64,000 nt of DNA from Tannerellaceae bacterium (GTDB taxonomy: Bacteria; Bacteroidota; Bacteroidia; Bacteroidales; CAMTPD01). Shown in pieces: positions 46,368 through 55,742 of this stretch (positions are counted from its first letter, which is position 1; each line of letters opens with the position of its first letter). Under the pieces are notes generated by a model. The model was given only the letters and a program-made list of their open reading frames with translations. It was not told the DNA's origin and ran no database searches. Location: NCBI GenBank assembly GCA_051656605.1, contig JBOGCF010000008.1, positions 6,152 to 70,151 on the forward strand. Direction: 5' to 3'. Position numbers and translations under genes: made by a program.

Positions 46368-48245
46368 TTATCTTCCTAAGAGAACCAAAAGAATGTTTAT
46401 ATCGCTTGGCGATATCCCGGGTACGCGGCTTGCCTGAGCAATGGTTTCGGGATCAATAGCCGAAAGCTTTTGTCTGGCTTCGGTCGATAGAGATTTGATT
46501 TCGTTGTAATCAAAACGTCCTTTAATCTTGATGTTCTCGAGGCGGTTTATCTTGTCTGCGATCATTTGCTCGCGTTGAATGTATCCGTCGTACTTCATCA
46601 AGATTTCTGCTGCTTCAATGATTTCCGCTTTTCTATTTTCCGGAGTTTTATCAAGCTCTTCTTTGAAGGCCGGAACCATTTCGGCTATATCGTATAAGTT
46701 CAACTGCGGACGCAAAACAAGATCATATAATTTGCAACCTTGCTTAAGCGGAGAGGTGCCACGCTCTTCGAGCGCTTCGTTTATGTATTGAGGTTTGATC
46801 GAATAAGTCTTCGCAAACTCAATGATGCGATCTCGATGCGCACGTTTCTCAACAAGCAGGTCGTAGCGTTCTTGTGTTGCTAGGCCGAGGTTGAAACCTT
46901 TTTCCGTTAGTCGCATATCGGCATCGTCTTGGCGAAGCAAGATGCGATACTCGGCACGAGAGGTAAACATACGGTACGGTTCATCTACACCTTTTGTTAC
47001 AAGGTCGTCGATAAGTACACCGATGTAGGCTTCGTCGCGTCCCAAAACAAACGGTTCTCCGTCGACGCATTTCTGGTGGGCATTGATCCCCGCCATCAAA
47101 CCTTGTCCGGCTGCTTCTTCATATCCGGTAGTTCCGTTGATCTGTCCGGCAAAGAAAAGGTTTTCGATTTGCTTCGTCTCGAGTGTATGCTTCAACTGCG
47201 TTGGCGGGAAGTAATCGTATTCGATTGCATATCCCGGACGGTAGATGTGTACATCTTTCAAGGCTGGTACTTTCTTCAATGCTTCGAGCTGCACTTCGAG
47301 TGGAAGTGAAGAAGAGAATCCATTTAGATAATACTCTTGCGTATTTTCTCCTTCGGGCTCTAGAAATAGTTGATGTCTTTCGCGCTCTGCAAAGGTAACG
47401 ATCTTCGTTTCGATACTTGGGCAATAACGCGGACCGATACTTTGAATTTGTCCGTTGTAAAGAGGCGAGTCGTCGAGACCGCTTCTCAATATCTCGTGTA
47501 CTTCCGGATTGGTGTAAACCATCCAGCAGCTACGTTGTCTTAGAGTCTTTGGCTCGTGAGTGAGGTAAGAGAACTTGTGAAAGTCCATGTCGCCTGTGTG
47601 CTCTTCGGCCAGTTCAAAGTTGATGCTTCTACCGTCGATGCGAACAGGAGTTCCCGTTTTCATACGTCCGGCTTCCATTCCTAGTTCAACCAATTGTTCG
47701 GTAATACCGCTTGTTGCCGGCTCGGCCATACGACCGCCGCCAAATTGTTGGCGTCCGATGTGGATAAGTCCGTTTAGGAAAGTTCCGTTCGTAAGCACTA
47801 CTGTTTTGGCATAAAACTCAACTCCCATATACGTGCGCACGCCTTTCACAACGTTGTCTTCGACAATCAGATTGCGAACTGCATCTTGCCACATGTATAG
47901 GTTTGGCGTATTTTCAATTACTTCTCTCCATTCGTTGCTAAACTTCTCGCGGTCGCTTTGCGCTCTTGGGCTCCACATTGCAGGACCTTTAGAGCAGTTA
48001 AGCATTCGGAATTGGATAGCTGTTTTGTCGGTGATTACACCCATGTTGCCGCCCAACGCATCTATCTCACGTACGATTTGGCCTTTGGCGATACCGCCCA
48101 CGGCAGGATTGCAACTCATTTGTGCAATCTTGTTCATATCCATTGTGATGAGAAGCGTCTTCGAACCGAGGTTTGCCGCAGCTGTTGCTGCCTCGCAACC
48201 GGCATGTCCGGCACCGACTACAATTACGTCGTATTTAAAATCCAT
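46368..48245 (-). CDS. mnmG: tRNA uridine-5-carboxymethylaminomethyl modification enzyme MnmG (GidA)
   Basis: 625 aa with the N-terminal FAD motif DVIVVGAGHAGCEA, PRYCPSIE and GTTGYEEAA. Confidence 0.96.
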   Translation of the reverse strand: MDFKYDVIVVGAGHAGCEAATAAANLGSKTLLITMDMNKIAQMSCNPAVGGIAKGQIVREIDALGGNMGVITDKTAIQFRMLNCSKGPAMWSPRAQSDREKFSNEWREVIENTPNLYMWQDAVRNLIVEDNVVKGVRTYMGVEFYAKTVVLTNGTFLNGLIHIGRQQFGGGRMAEPATSGITEQLVELGMEAGRMKTGTPVRIDGRSINFELAEEHTGDMDFHKFSYLTHEPKTLRQRSCWMVYTNPEVHEILRSGLDDSPLYNGQIQSIGPRYCPSIETKIVTFAERERHQLFLEPEGENTQEYYLNGFSSSLPLEVQLEALKKVPALKDVHIYRPGYAIEYDYFPPTQLKHTLETKQIENLFFAGQINGTTGYEEAAGQGLMAGINAHQKCVDGEPFVLGRDEAYIGVLIDDLVTKGVDEPYRMFTSRAEYRILLRQDDADMRLTEKGFNLGLATQERYDLLVEKRAHRDRIIEFAKTYSIKPQYINEALEERGTSPLKQGCKLYDLVLRPQLNLYDIAEMVPAFKEELDKTPENRKAEIIEAAEILMKYDGYIQREQMIADKINRLENIKIKGRFDYNEIKSLSTEARQKLSAIDPETIAQASRVPGISPSDINILLVLLGR

Positions 48246-48294
48246 ATTTTTTGCTCATGTAAACTCGAATGCAAATATACTATATCTCAAGCAT

Positions 48295-48726
48295 TCAGAG
48301 TGATGCCGTATTGTTTAATAACGCTAAAGCTTCGTTCTCTTTAGCCGTCATGTTTTCTCTTTCGCCCGGACCTTTGTCATCGATGCCGCAAAGGTGCAGA
48401 ATGCCATGAATAATGATTCGGTGCAACTCTTGGTCGAACGTTACACCAAACTCCTCCGCGTTGCTTTTTACGGTATCAAGGCTGATAAACACGTCACCGT
48501 TGATAACGCCGTCTTCGGTATAATCGAACGTGATGATGTCGGTATAATAATCGTGTTGAAGATACTCTTTGTTTACTTCAAGGATCTTCTCATCCGAACA
48601 AAAGATGTAAGCAACATCGCCCACCTTCATTTGGTGAAGTGCTGCTACTTCGCGAATCCATTTTGTCGTTTCTCTGCGTTTAAGTGAAGGCATCTTTATA
48701 TCCTCCGCGTAATAACTTACTGCCAT
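48295..48726 (-). CDS. ybeY: rRNA maturation RNase YbeY
   Basis: 143 aa with the zinc motif HGILHLCGIDD. Confidence 0.9.
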   Translation of the reverse strand: MAVSYYAEDIKMPSLKRRETTKWIREVAALHQMKVGDVAYIFCSDEKILEVNKEYLQHDYYTDIITFDYTEDGVINGDVFISLDTVKSNAEEFGVTFDQELHRIIIHGILHLCGIDDKGPGERENMTAKENEALALLNNTASL

Positions 48727-48736
48727 ATCGTTGTAA

Positions 48737-49975
48737 TTATATAATTTGAAAGAACAAGTACGCGATTACAATTGCCGCGATGATTCCGAACAAATCGGCA
48801 AGCAACGAGCATGAAATTGTGTAGCGCGTATTTTTAACCCCGATGCTACCGTAATAAACGGCCACGATATAAAACGTGGTGTCGGTAGCTCCTTGGAATA
48901 TACATGAGAGTCGGCCCACGAAAGAGTCGGCTCCGTAATGATTCATCGTATCTATCATCAGACCGCGCGCACCGCTACCGCTTAGCGGTTTCATAAATGC
49001 GGTAGGCAAAGCAGCTACAAAGTCGCTGTTCATTCCCATTGCGGTAAACAAAGCAGCGATTCCATCGATCAGGTAATCCATCGCACCCGAAGCACGAAAC
49101 ATCCCAATGCTCACAAGTATTGCTACCAGGTATGGAATGATTGTAACGGCCGTTTTGAATCCGTCTTTCGCCCCTTCGATAAACGAGTCGTATACATTTA
49201 TCTTCTTTCTTATCGCACTTATTATAAAACCAACTATCACTCCAAAAAGTATTAAATTGGCTATAAAAGATGAATAAAGAGAAACCTCTTCTTGCGTCAT
49301 ACGATTGAAAGCATACAACGAGCCTACGATGATTGTGGTAATAATACCGAAGAAAGACATCAGTGTCTTGTCAAATATCTTGATGCGCTGTTTGATGCAA
49401 ACGGCTACAATGCCGGCAACGGTAGCAGCAAAAGTTGCGATGAGTATTGGAAGGAAAACGTCGGACGGATTAGCTGCTCCGAGCTGTGCACGGTACGCCA
49501 TTACACTGATCGGAATCAGCGTAAGTCCCGAAGCATTGAGTACAAGAAACATGATCATCGGATCCGAAGCGGCATCTTTCTGCTTGTTCAGTTCCTGCAT
49601 CTCCTGCATTGCTTTCAGTCCCATCGGGGTGGCCGCGTTGTCGAGCCCGAGCAAATTGGCCGAGATATTCATAAAGATCGAACCGGTAGCCGGATGGTCT
49701 TTGGGCAGTGATGGGAATAACTTTCCGAAAAGCGGTGCAGCCAATCGGGCAAACATCTGAACCATGCCCCCGTTTTCTCCGATCTTCATAATCCCTAGCC
49801 ACAGGGTTAAGACACCCGTTAGTCCGAGCGAGATTTCGAAAGCACTCTTTGCCGTCGTAAACGAGCTGTTGATTATTTCGCCGAAGATAGCGAGATCACC
49901 GAGGAAGATCGCTTTACCGATTGCAACGACAAAAGCGATCAGGAAGAATGAAATCCAAATGTAGTTTAAAACCAT
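48737..49975 (-). CDS. Nucleoside-recognition-domain membrane protein (fused SpmA/SpmB-like)
   Basis: 412 aa, polytopic, with two Gate-like halves. Confidence 0.8.
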   Translation of the reverse strand: MVLNYIWISFFLIAFVVAIGKAIFLGDLAIFGEIINSSFTTAKSAFEISLGLTGVLTLWLGIMKIGENGGMVQMFARLAAPLFGKLFPSLPKDHPATGSIFMNISANLLGLDNAATPMGLKAMQEMQELNKQKDAASDPMIMFLVLNASGLTLIPISVMAYRAQLGAANPSDVFLPILIATFAATVAGIVAVCIKQRIKIFDKTLMSFFGIITTIIVGSLYAFNRMTQEEVSLYSSFIANLILFGVIVGFIISAIRKKINVYDSFIEGAKDGFKTAVTIIPYLVAILVSIGMFRASGAMDYLIDGIAALFTAMGMNSDFVAALPTAFMKPLSGSGARGLMIDTMNHYGADSFVGRLSCIFQGATDTTFYIVAVYYGSIGVKNTRYTISCSLLADLFGIIAAIVIAYLFFQII

Positions 49976-50604
49976 CCTGCAAGATATGATTAAGCGGTTC
50001 GTTATATCTGTGTGAAATCTTTAAAACGAAGATAGAGCTTTTTGCGCTGAACACAGAGCAGTAGCTTCGAAATATTGCAAGGAATCAAATTTAAATAAAA
50101 TACATAGTCTGTATATTTCGATCCAAAGAGCTCCATTCATAAAAACGCAAACATACACGACTATGCAATCATACCAACAAAGTTTCTTTGTGCGGACCAC
50201 GTTGATCGTACTTTTTCAATGCAAGATTAAAAACCATGCAAGGTTTAGTTTTCTGAGAATTCAATATATCCGCACAACTGTTCGTCGCGAATCAAATACG
50301 CAATTCTCAGCGAGTTTAGAGCATCTGTTAAAAGTGTAATAAATAGATGTTCATATAGTATATAAATACTCATGGTAATGCTTATAAACGAATTGTTGAT
50401 AACCTTGTTAATAGTTATGCTTTCGTCTAATTATGAGTATATTGATATCGTTGATAGCTGTTAATAACTAACGTATATTATCATAACAGCGAACTCTAAA
50501 ATTACACCAAAATACATCCTTTCAATTCTTGCAAAAAGGACTTGAAATAACGTTTTCAATGAAGACAAAAGTAGATTATCTTTGGGACAATAAAAGCAAC
50601 AACG
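49976..50604. other. 629-bp AT-rich gene-free gap at a gene-orientation switch (candidate oriC or part of it)
   Basis: 15 of the 16 genes immediately to the left are on the minus strand, and the 7 genes to the right are all on the plus strand. There are AT-rich runs at about 50086-50105 and 50340-50370, and one TGTTGATAA at 50393-50401. mnmG/gidA lies nearby. Confidence 0.3.
50576..50583 (+). promoter_or_regulatory. -7 box TATCTTTG for the alkylation-repair gene
   Basis: Matches TAnnTTTG, 22 nt upstream of the ATG at 50605. Confidence 0.5.
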
Positions 50605-51384
50605 ATGACTACACACACTCAGGATTCGAAAACGAAATCGGGAAGTAATAAAACCAACACAACCGAGATTATTTGCACGGCAAAAGAAATTGAAAACACT
50701 TTGCAGTTTTTAGGAAACGAAGAGAAAGCAAAGCACTTGATGCGTTTCTTCAAAACCGGAAAAGGACAATATGGCGAGGGCGATCTTTTTCTTGGGGTTG
50801 TCGTACCAGAATCGCGCAAAGTAGCCAAAGCCTATCAAGCAACTCCGATAGACGAAATCAAGATACTTATACAATCTCCTTTACATGAGTGCAGATTGGT
50901 AGCATTGATGATCTTGATCGAGCAATACAAAAAAGCAAGTGAAGCATATCGAGAAGAGATTGTTCAATTCTATCTTGCGCACACCAACTACATCAACAAC
51001 TGGGATCTGGTAGACTTATCGGCCGATAAGATCTTGGGGGCATACCTCAAAGAGCGCGACCGTGATCTGTTGTACCAACTAGCAAAAAGCAGTCTGCTTT
51101 GGGAGCAACGCATTTCCATTGTAACTACGCTGGCCTTTGTGCGTAAAGGAGATCTTGACGATGCATTGCAATTGGCTCGCGAATTAGTATACCACGAACA
51201 TGATCTGATGCGCAAAGCCGTAGGATGGGTGTTGCGGGAAGTAGGAAAGAAAGACCGCGAACGCCTGTGCCTATTTCTTGATGAATTTGCGGCAACAATG
51301 CCTCGCACGGCACTGCGTTATGCAATCGAACATTTCGACGAATCGAAGCGTCAGTACTATATGAATTTGGCAAAACAGAAATAG
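50605..51384 (+). CDS. DNA alkylation repair protein (AlkD/AlkC-like HEAT-repeat family)
   Basis: 259 aa: MRFFKTGKGQYGEGDLFLGV, NNWDLVD, WEQRI, KAVGWVLREVGK. Confidence 0.8.
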   Translation: MTTHTQDSKTKSGSNKTNTTEIICTAKEIENTLQFLGNEEKAKHLMRFFKTGKGQYGEGDLFLGVVVPESRKVAKAYQATPIDEIKILIQSPLHECRLVALMILIEQYKKASEAYREEIVQFYLAHTNYINNWDLVDLSADKILGAYLKERDRDLLYQLAKSSLLWEQRISIVTTLAFVRKGDLDDALQLARELVYHEHDLMRKAVGWVLREVGKKDRERLCLFLDEFAATMPRTALRYAIEHFDESKRQYYMNLAKQK

Positions 51385-51433
51385 ATTCGTTGATATCGAG
51401 CATCTTAAGCATTGTGTATCTCATATTCTTTCG

Positions 51434-51441
51434 TACTTTTG
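51434..51441 (+). promoter_or_regulatory. -7 box TACTTTTG for the GH109-like gene
   Basis: Matches TAnnTTTG, about 98 nt upstream of the ATG. Confidence 0.45.
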
Positions 51442-51538
51442 TGAAGTAATCTTAATCTTTAGACCATTGTTTGATAGGTGATTATCAAGATAAAGGCAAT
51501 TTTCAGACCAAATAACAACTTCAAAAACTAGAAAGCGA

Positions 51539-52906
51539 ATGAGCATGAAAAACATTGTACAGGCAATAAGTCTGTTCGTTTTATTATTTGCAATGCAAAT
51601 CATGTATGCAGAGAACCCGCGAGCTATCAAGCTCGAAACTCCTAAAAGAGCAGCCGGACAAACGGATGTATTAAAGTTGGCCTGTGATCCCATTCCCACT
51701 GTTCGCGTAGCATTTATCGGATTAGGCAATCGTGGAAGCGGAGCCGTTTATCGTTTTATGTCGCTCGAAGGCGTAGAGGTAAAAGCGCTATGTGATGTTG
51801 TTCCCGAGAAAGTAGAGCGGGCGCAAAACACCCTCAAGAAGAATAACTATCAACCGGCCGATACTTATACGAACAAAAACGACTGGAAAAAAGTGTGCGA
51901 ACGAGATGATATCGACTTAGTTTACATTTGCACACCTTGGTTGGCACATACACCGATGGCAGTGTATGCCATGAAGCAAGGCAAACATGTGGCGGTAGAA
52001 GTACCGGCAGCCATGTCGTTAAGCGAATGTTGGGACCTTGTGAATACTGCCGAGCAAACGCGCCGTCATTGCATGATGCTCGAAAACTGTTGCTATGATT
52101 TCTTCGAAATGGCAACGCTCAACATGGCACAACAAGGCAAGTTTGGCGACATTGTACACGGCGAAGGAGCATACATCCACGATTTGCGCTCATCCAACTT
52201 CGACGAGAATGCCTATTATAATATGTGGCGACTCGACTACAATGCCAAGCACAACGGTAATTTGTATCCTACGCACGGACTCGGTCCCATCTGCCAAATC
52301 ATGAACATTCATCGCGGAGACAAAATGAACTACCTCGTTTCGGTATCTTCAGATCAGAAAGGAATGACTCAATATGCCGAGAATAAATTCGGCAAAGACT
52401 CGAAGCAAGCCAAAGGAAACTATGCACGCGGCGATATGAACACCACGATTATCCGTACCGAGAAAGGAAAAACCATAATGGTGCAACACGATGTAACCAG
52501 TCCGCGTCCGTATAGTAGACTGCATACTGTAAGCGGAACCAAAGGATATTGCCAAAAGTATCCGATGGAGGGATTGGCATTTGATCCCGATGCTCATGGT
52601 TTCTTGAACGACGAACAACGCAAACAAGTACTTGCCGAATACGAGCATCCCATTACCAAAGAAGTAGGAGAAAAAGCGCGCAAGGTAGGAGGTCATGGCG
52701 GAATGGACTTCATCATGGATTACCGTCTTATTTATTGCTTGCGCAACGGACTACCGCTTGATCAAGACGTATACGACGCGGCCGAATGGTCGTGTCTGAC
52801 AGAGCTCACCGAGTTGTCGGTAAAGAATGGAAGTATTCCGGTAGAAATACCCGACTTTACACGTGGCGCATGGAACAAGTTGCAAGGACTTACCTTTGCA
52901 GACTAA
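51539..52906 (+). CDS. Gfo/Idh/MocA-fold, NAD-dependent glycosidase (GH109-like alpha-N-acetylgalactosaminidase)
   Basis: 455 aa with a signal peptide, a Rossmann motif VAFIGLGNRG and the block MMLENCCYD...EGAYIHDLR typical of GH109 as I recall it. Confidence 0.75.
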   Translation: MSMKNIVQAISLFVLLFAMQIMYAENPRAIKLETPKRAAGQTDVLKLACDPIPTVRVAFIGLGNRGSGAVYRFMSLEGVEVKALCDVVPEKVERAQNTLKKNNYQPADTYTNKNDWKKVCERDDIDLVYICTPWLAHTPMAVYAMKQGKHVAVEVPAAMSLSECWDLVNTAEQTRRHCMMLENCCYDFFEMATLNMAQQGKFGDIVHGEGAYIHDLRSSNFDENAYYNMWRLDYNAKHNGNLYPTHGLGPICQIMNIHRGDKMNYLVSVSSDQKGMTQYAENKFGKDSKQAKGNYARGDMNTTIIRTEKGKTIMVQHDVTSPRPYSRLHTVSGTKGYCQKYPMEGLAFDPDAHGFLNDEQRKQVLAEYEHPITKEVGEKARKVGGHGGMDFIMDYRLIYCLRNGLPLDQDVYDAAEWSCLTELTELSVKNGSIPVEIPDFTRGAWNKLQGLTFAD

Positions 52907-52919
52907 GCCGAAATTCAGT

Positions 52920-53066
52920 TTATCAACAGGAGGTCTTCGAGCAGGAGGATCTCCTTTTTTGTTGCATATATCAACAGATATGAACATCGTGTTGATAACT
53001 GTATATGCAATTGAAAGCAAGGTTTCTATCTTTGGATAATAGCATCCGTTTTTAACGTTATCAACA
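52920..53066. other. Cluster of DnaA-box-like sites (TTATCAACA / TTATCCAAA)
   Basis: Exact TTATCAACA at 52920-52928 (+), 52990-52998 (-) and 53058-53066 (+). ATATCAACA at 52968-52976 (+). TTATCCAAA at 53031-53039 (-). Each is 0-1 mismatch from TTATCAACA and 1-2 from E. coli TTATCCACA. Confidence 0.35.
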
Positions 53067-53160
53067 GTTGTGAATAGCGTTGTTGAGTTTATAAACCTTG
53101 TTGGTTGTTAACAGCTATGAAGACGACCTTATAAACCTGTGGCAAATGGAAAAGATTATG

Positions 53161-53168
53161 TACGTTTG
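53161..53168 (+). promoter_or_regulatory. -7 box TACGTTTG for ruvB
   Basis: Matches TAnnTTTG, 22 nt upstream of the ATG. Confidence 0.5.
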
Positions 53169-53189
53169 TAAGAGATTAACAAGTGAGCT

Positions 53190-54218
53190 ATGAACGACAG
53201 TTTTGACATACGCGACCAGCGTCCCATCGAGAAAGAGCGCGATTACGAAAACGCGTTGCGCCCGTTAGCATTCGAAAACTTTAGCGGTCAGGACAAAGTG
53301 GTTGAAAACCTTCAAATCTTTGTAATGGCGGCACGCATGCGCGGCGAAGCTCTCGATCACGTTTTGTTGCACGGACCTCCCGGATTGGGGAAAACAACAT
53401 TATCCAACATTATTGCAAACGAGCTCGGAGTAGGCTTCAAAGTAACTTCGGGACCCGTACTTGATAAACCGGGCGACCTTGCCGGTATCCTTACTTCACT
53501 CGAGCCAAACGACGTTTTGTTTATCGACGAGATTCACCGTTTGAGTCCGGTGGTTGAAGAATACCTTTATTCCGCAATGGAAGATTACCGCATCGACATC
53601 ATGATCGACAAAGGACCAAGTGCCCGTTCCATTCAAATCGACTTGAATCCCTTTACACTCGTAGGAGCAACTACGCGCAGTGGCTTGTTGACAAGTCCGC
53701 TTCGTGCCCGTTTCGGTATTAACATGCACCTCGAGTATTACGATATGGATACGTTGACAAAGATTGTATTGCGTTCGGCAGGTTTGCTCGGAGTAGCATG
53801 CGAACAAAGTGCGGCGGTAGAAATTGCCGGCCGTAGTCGCGGAACTCCTCGTATTGCCAATGCCCTGCTTCGTCGCGTGAGAGACTTTGCTCAAGTAAAA
53901 GGTTCGGGAGATATCGAAGTAGAGATTGCACGATATGCACTCGAAGCATTGAACATCGACCGTTACGGACTCGATCAAGTAGACAACAAAGTACTCACAA
54001 CACTGATCGACAAGTTTGGCGGCGGACCGGTAGGACTTACCACCATTGCAACAGCATTGGGCGAAGACCCCGGCACCTTGGAAGAAGTGTACGAGCCGTT
54101 CTTGATCAAAGAAGGTTTCCTTAAGCGTACACCACGAGGACGAGAAGTTACAGAATTAGCGTATAAACATCTCGGTCGCACTCGTGTGGGTGGAGACCAG
54201 GGATTCTTATTTGAATAA
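53190..54218 (+). CDS. ruvB: Holliday junction branch migration ATPase RuvB
   Basis: 342 aa with Walker [10 protein letters not shown], Walker [10 protein letters not shown] and the sensor [15 protein letters not shown]. Confidence 0.96.
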   Translation: MNDSFDIRDQRPIEKERDYENALRPLAFENFSGQDKVVENLQIFVMAARMRGEALDHVLLHGPPGLGKTTLSNIIANELGVGFKVTSGPVLDKPGDLAGILTSLEPNDVLFIDEIHRLSPVVEEYLYSAMEDYRIDIMIDKGPSARSIQIDLNPFTLVGATTRSGLLTSPLRARFGINMHLEYYDMDTLTKIVLRSAGLLGVACEQSAAVEIAGRSRGTPRIANALLRRVRDFAQVKGSGDIEVEIARYALEALNIDRYGLDQVDNKVLTTLIDKFGGGPVGLTTIATALGEDPGTLEEVYEPFLIKEGFLKRTPRGREVTELAYKHLGRTRVGGDQGFLFE

Positions 54219-54224
54219 AACATT

Positions 54225-55721
54225 ATGGCGGAAGGAATCAAAAACCTTGCGAAAGATACAGCCATATACGGTGTAAGTAGTATAGTAGGGCGATTGCTCA
54301 ACTGGCTGCTCACACCGATGTATGTGCGCATGTTTACCGAAAGTGACAACGGTATCATAACCAATCTGTATAGTTGGGTTGCTCTATTGTTTGTAATACT
54401 GACTTACGGAATGGAAACCACATTCTTCAGATATATAAATGAGAAAAACACGACCAACACAAACGGAGTTTATGCAACGGCCTTGTCGGCACTAGCATCT
54501 ACCTCTGCAATCTTTGTCGCATTGATTGCTTTATTTCTGAGTCCGGTGAGTACATATCTAGAGTACTCCAATCACAAAGACTACATCATGATAATGGCGG
54601 TGATTATTGCAATCGACGCATTTTGTGCGATTCCGTTTGCCTATCTGCGCTATAAAAAGCGAGCCATTAAGTTTGCAACATTGAGGCTATTCAATGTAGG
54701 AGCCATTATCTTTTTCAACCTCTTTTTTATCATTGCCTGTCCGTGGATATATGAAAAAGCACCTGCACTTATCAGCTGTTTTTACAATCCCGATTATGGA
54801 GTAGGTTATGTATTTGTATCCAATCTGATCGCTTCGAGCATTATATTACTCGCATTAGTTCCCGATTTTTCGGGATTGAAAAGCAAGGCAGACTGGAGTT
54901 TGTTGAAGAAGATGCTTAAGTATACTTACCCGATCTTGATACTCGGTATTGCAGGGCAAGCCAACAAAACCATCGGAACCATTCTCTTCCCAATGCTTTT
55001 CGACGATCAGCAACGCGAGTTTGCCGATGCGCAATTGGGTATTTACGGAGCCTGCCTTAAGCTAGCCATGGTAATCGTGATGTTTAATCAGGCATTCCGA
55101 TTTGCCTACGAGCCCATTGTTTTTGCCAAGAGCAAAGGAGCCGACAACAAAGTACTTTATTCGGAAGCGATGAAATACTTTATCATCTTTTCCTTGTTAA
55201 TATTTATAGGAGTGATGTTTTACATCGACATCTTCAAGCTATTGGTTACTCCCGAATACTATGTGGGGTTGCCGGTAGTACCGTTGGTGATGATGGGAGA
55301 AACATTCTTCGGTATTTATTTCAACCTATCGTTGTGGTATAAACTAATCGACAAAACGGAGTGGGGAGCTTACTTCTCATTTACCGGATTGGGCATTACC
55401 ATTGCGATACTTGTGTTGTTTGTTCCCGTTTATGGCTTTATGGCCTGTGCGTGGGCATCGCTTATTTGCAACCTGGTTATGATGTTGGCTTCTTACTTTA
55501 TCGGACAAAAGAAGTATCCGATCAAGTACGATCTGAAATCGTTCTTCATTTACTTTTCCTTGGCAATGGTATTATATGCCATCGGAATGTATCTACCTAT
55601 CGAGAACTTATTCTTAAAACTCGCCGCGCGTACAGGGTTGCTATTTATTTATATTGCTTTTATGGTAAAACGCGACCTTCCATTGTCGCAAGTACCGATC
55701 ATTAAAAAATTCATCAAGTAA
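54225..55721 (+). CDS. Polysaccharide/oligosaccharide flippase-family membrane protein (Wzx/MOP superfamily)
   Basis: 498 aa with about 14 TM segments. It starts 7 nt after ruvB. Confidence 0.7.
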   Translation: MAEGIKNLAKDTAIYGVSSIVGRLLNWLLTPMYVRMFTESDNGIITNLYSWVALLFVILTYGMETTFFRYINEKNTTNTNGVYATALSALASTSAIFVALIALFLSPVSTYLEYSNHKDYIMIMAVIIAIDAFCAIPFAYLRYKKRAIKFATLRLFNVGAIIFFNLFFIIACPWIYEKAPALISCFYNPDYGVGYVFVSNLIASSIILLALVPDFSGLKSKADWSLLKKMLKYTYPILILGIAGQANKTIGTILFPMLFDDQQREFADAQLGIYGACLKLAMVIVMFNQAFRFAYEPIVFAKSKGADNKVLYSEAMKYFIIFSLLIFIGVMFYIDIFKLLVTPEYYVGLPVVPLVMMGETFFGIYFNLSLWYKLIDKTEWGAYFSFTGLGITIAILVLFVPVYGFMACAWASLICNLVMMLASYFIGQKKYPIKYDLKSFFIYFSLAMVLYAIGMYLPIENLFLKLAARTGLLFIYIAFMVKRDLPLSQVPIIKKFIK

Positions 55722-55742
55722 TCTAATTTCCTTTATTATATT

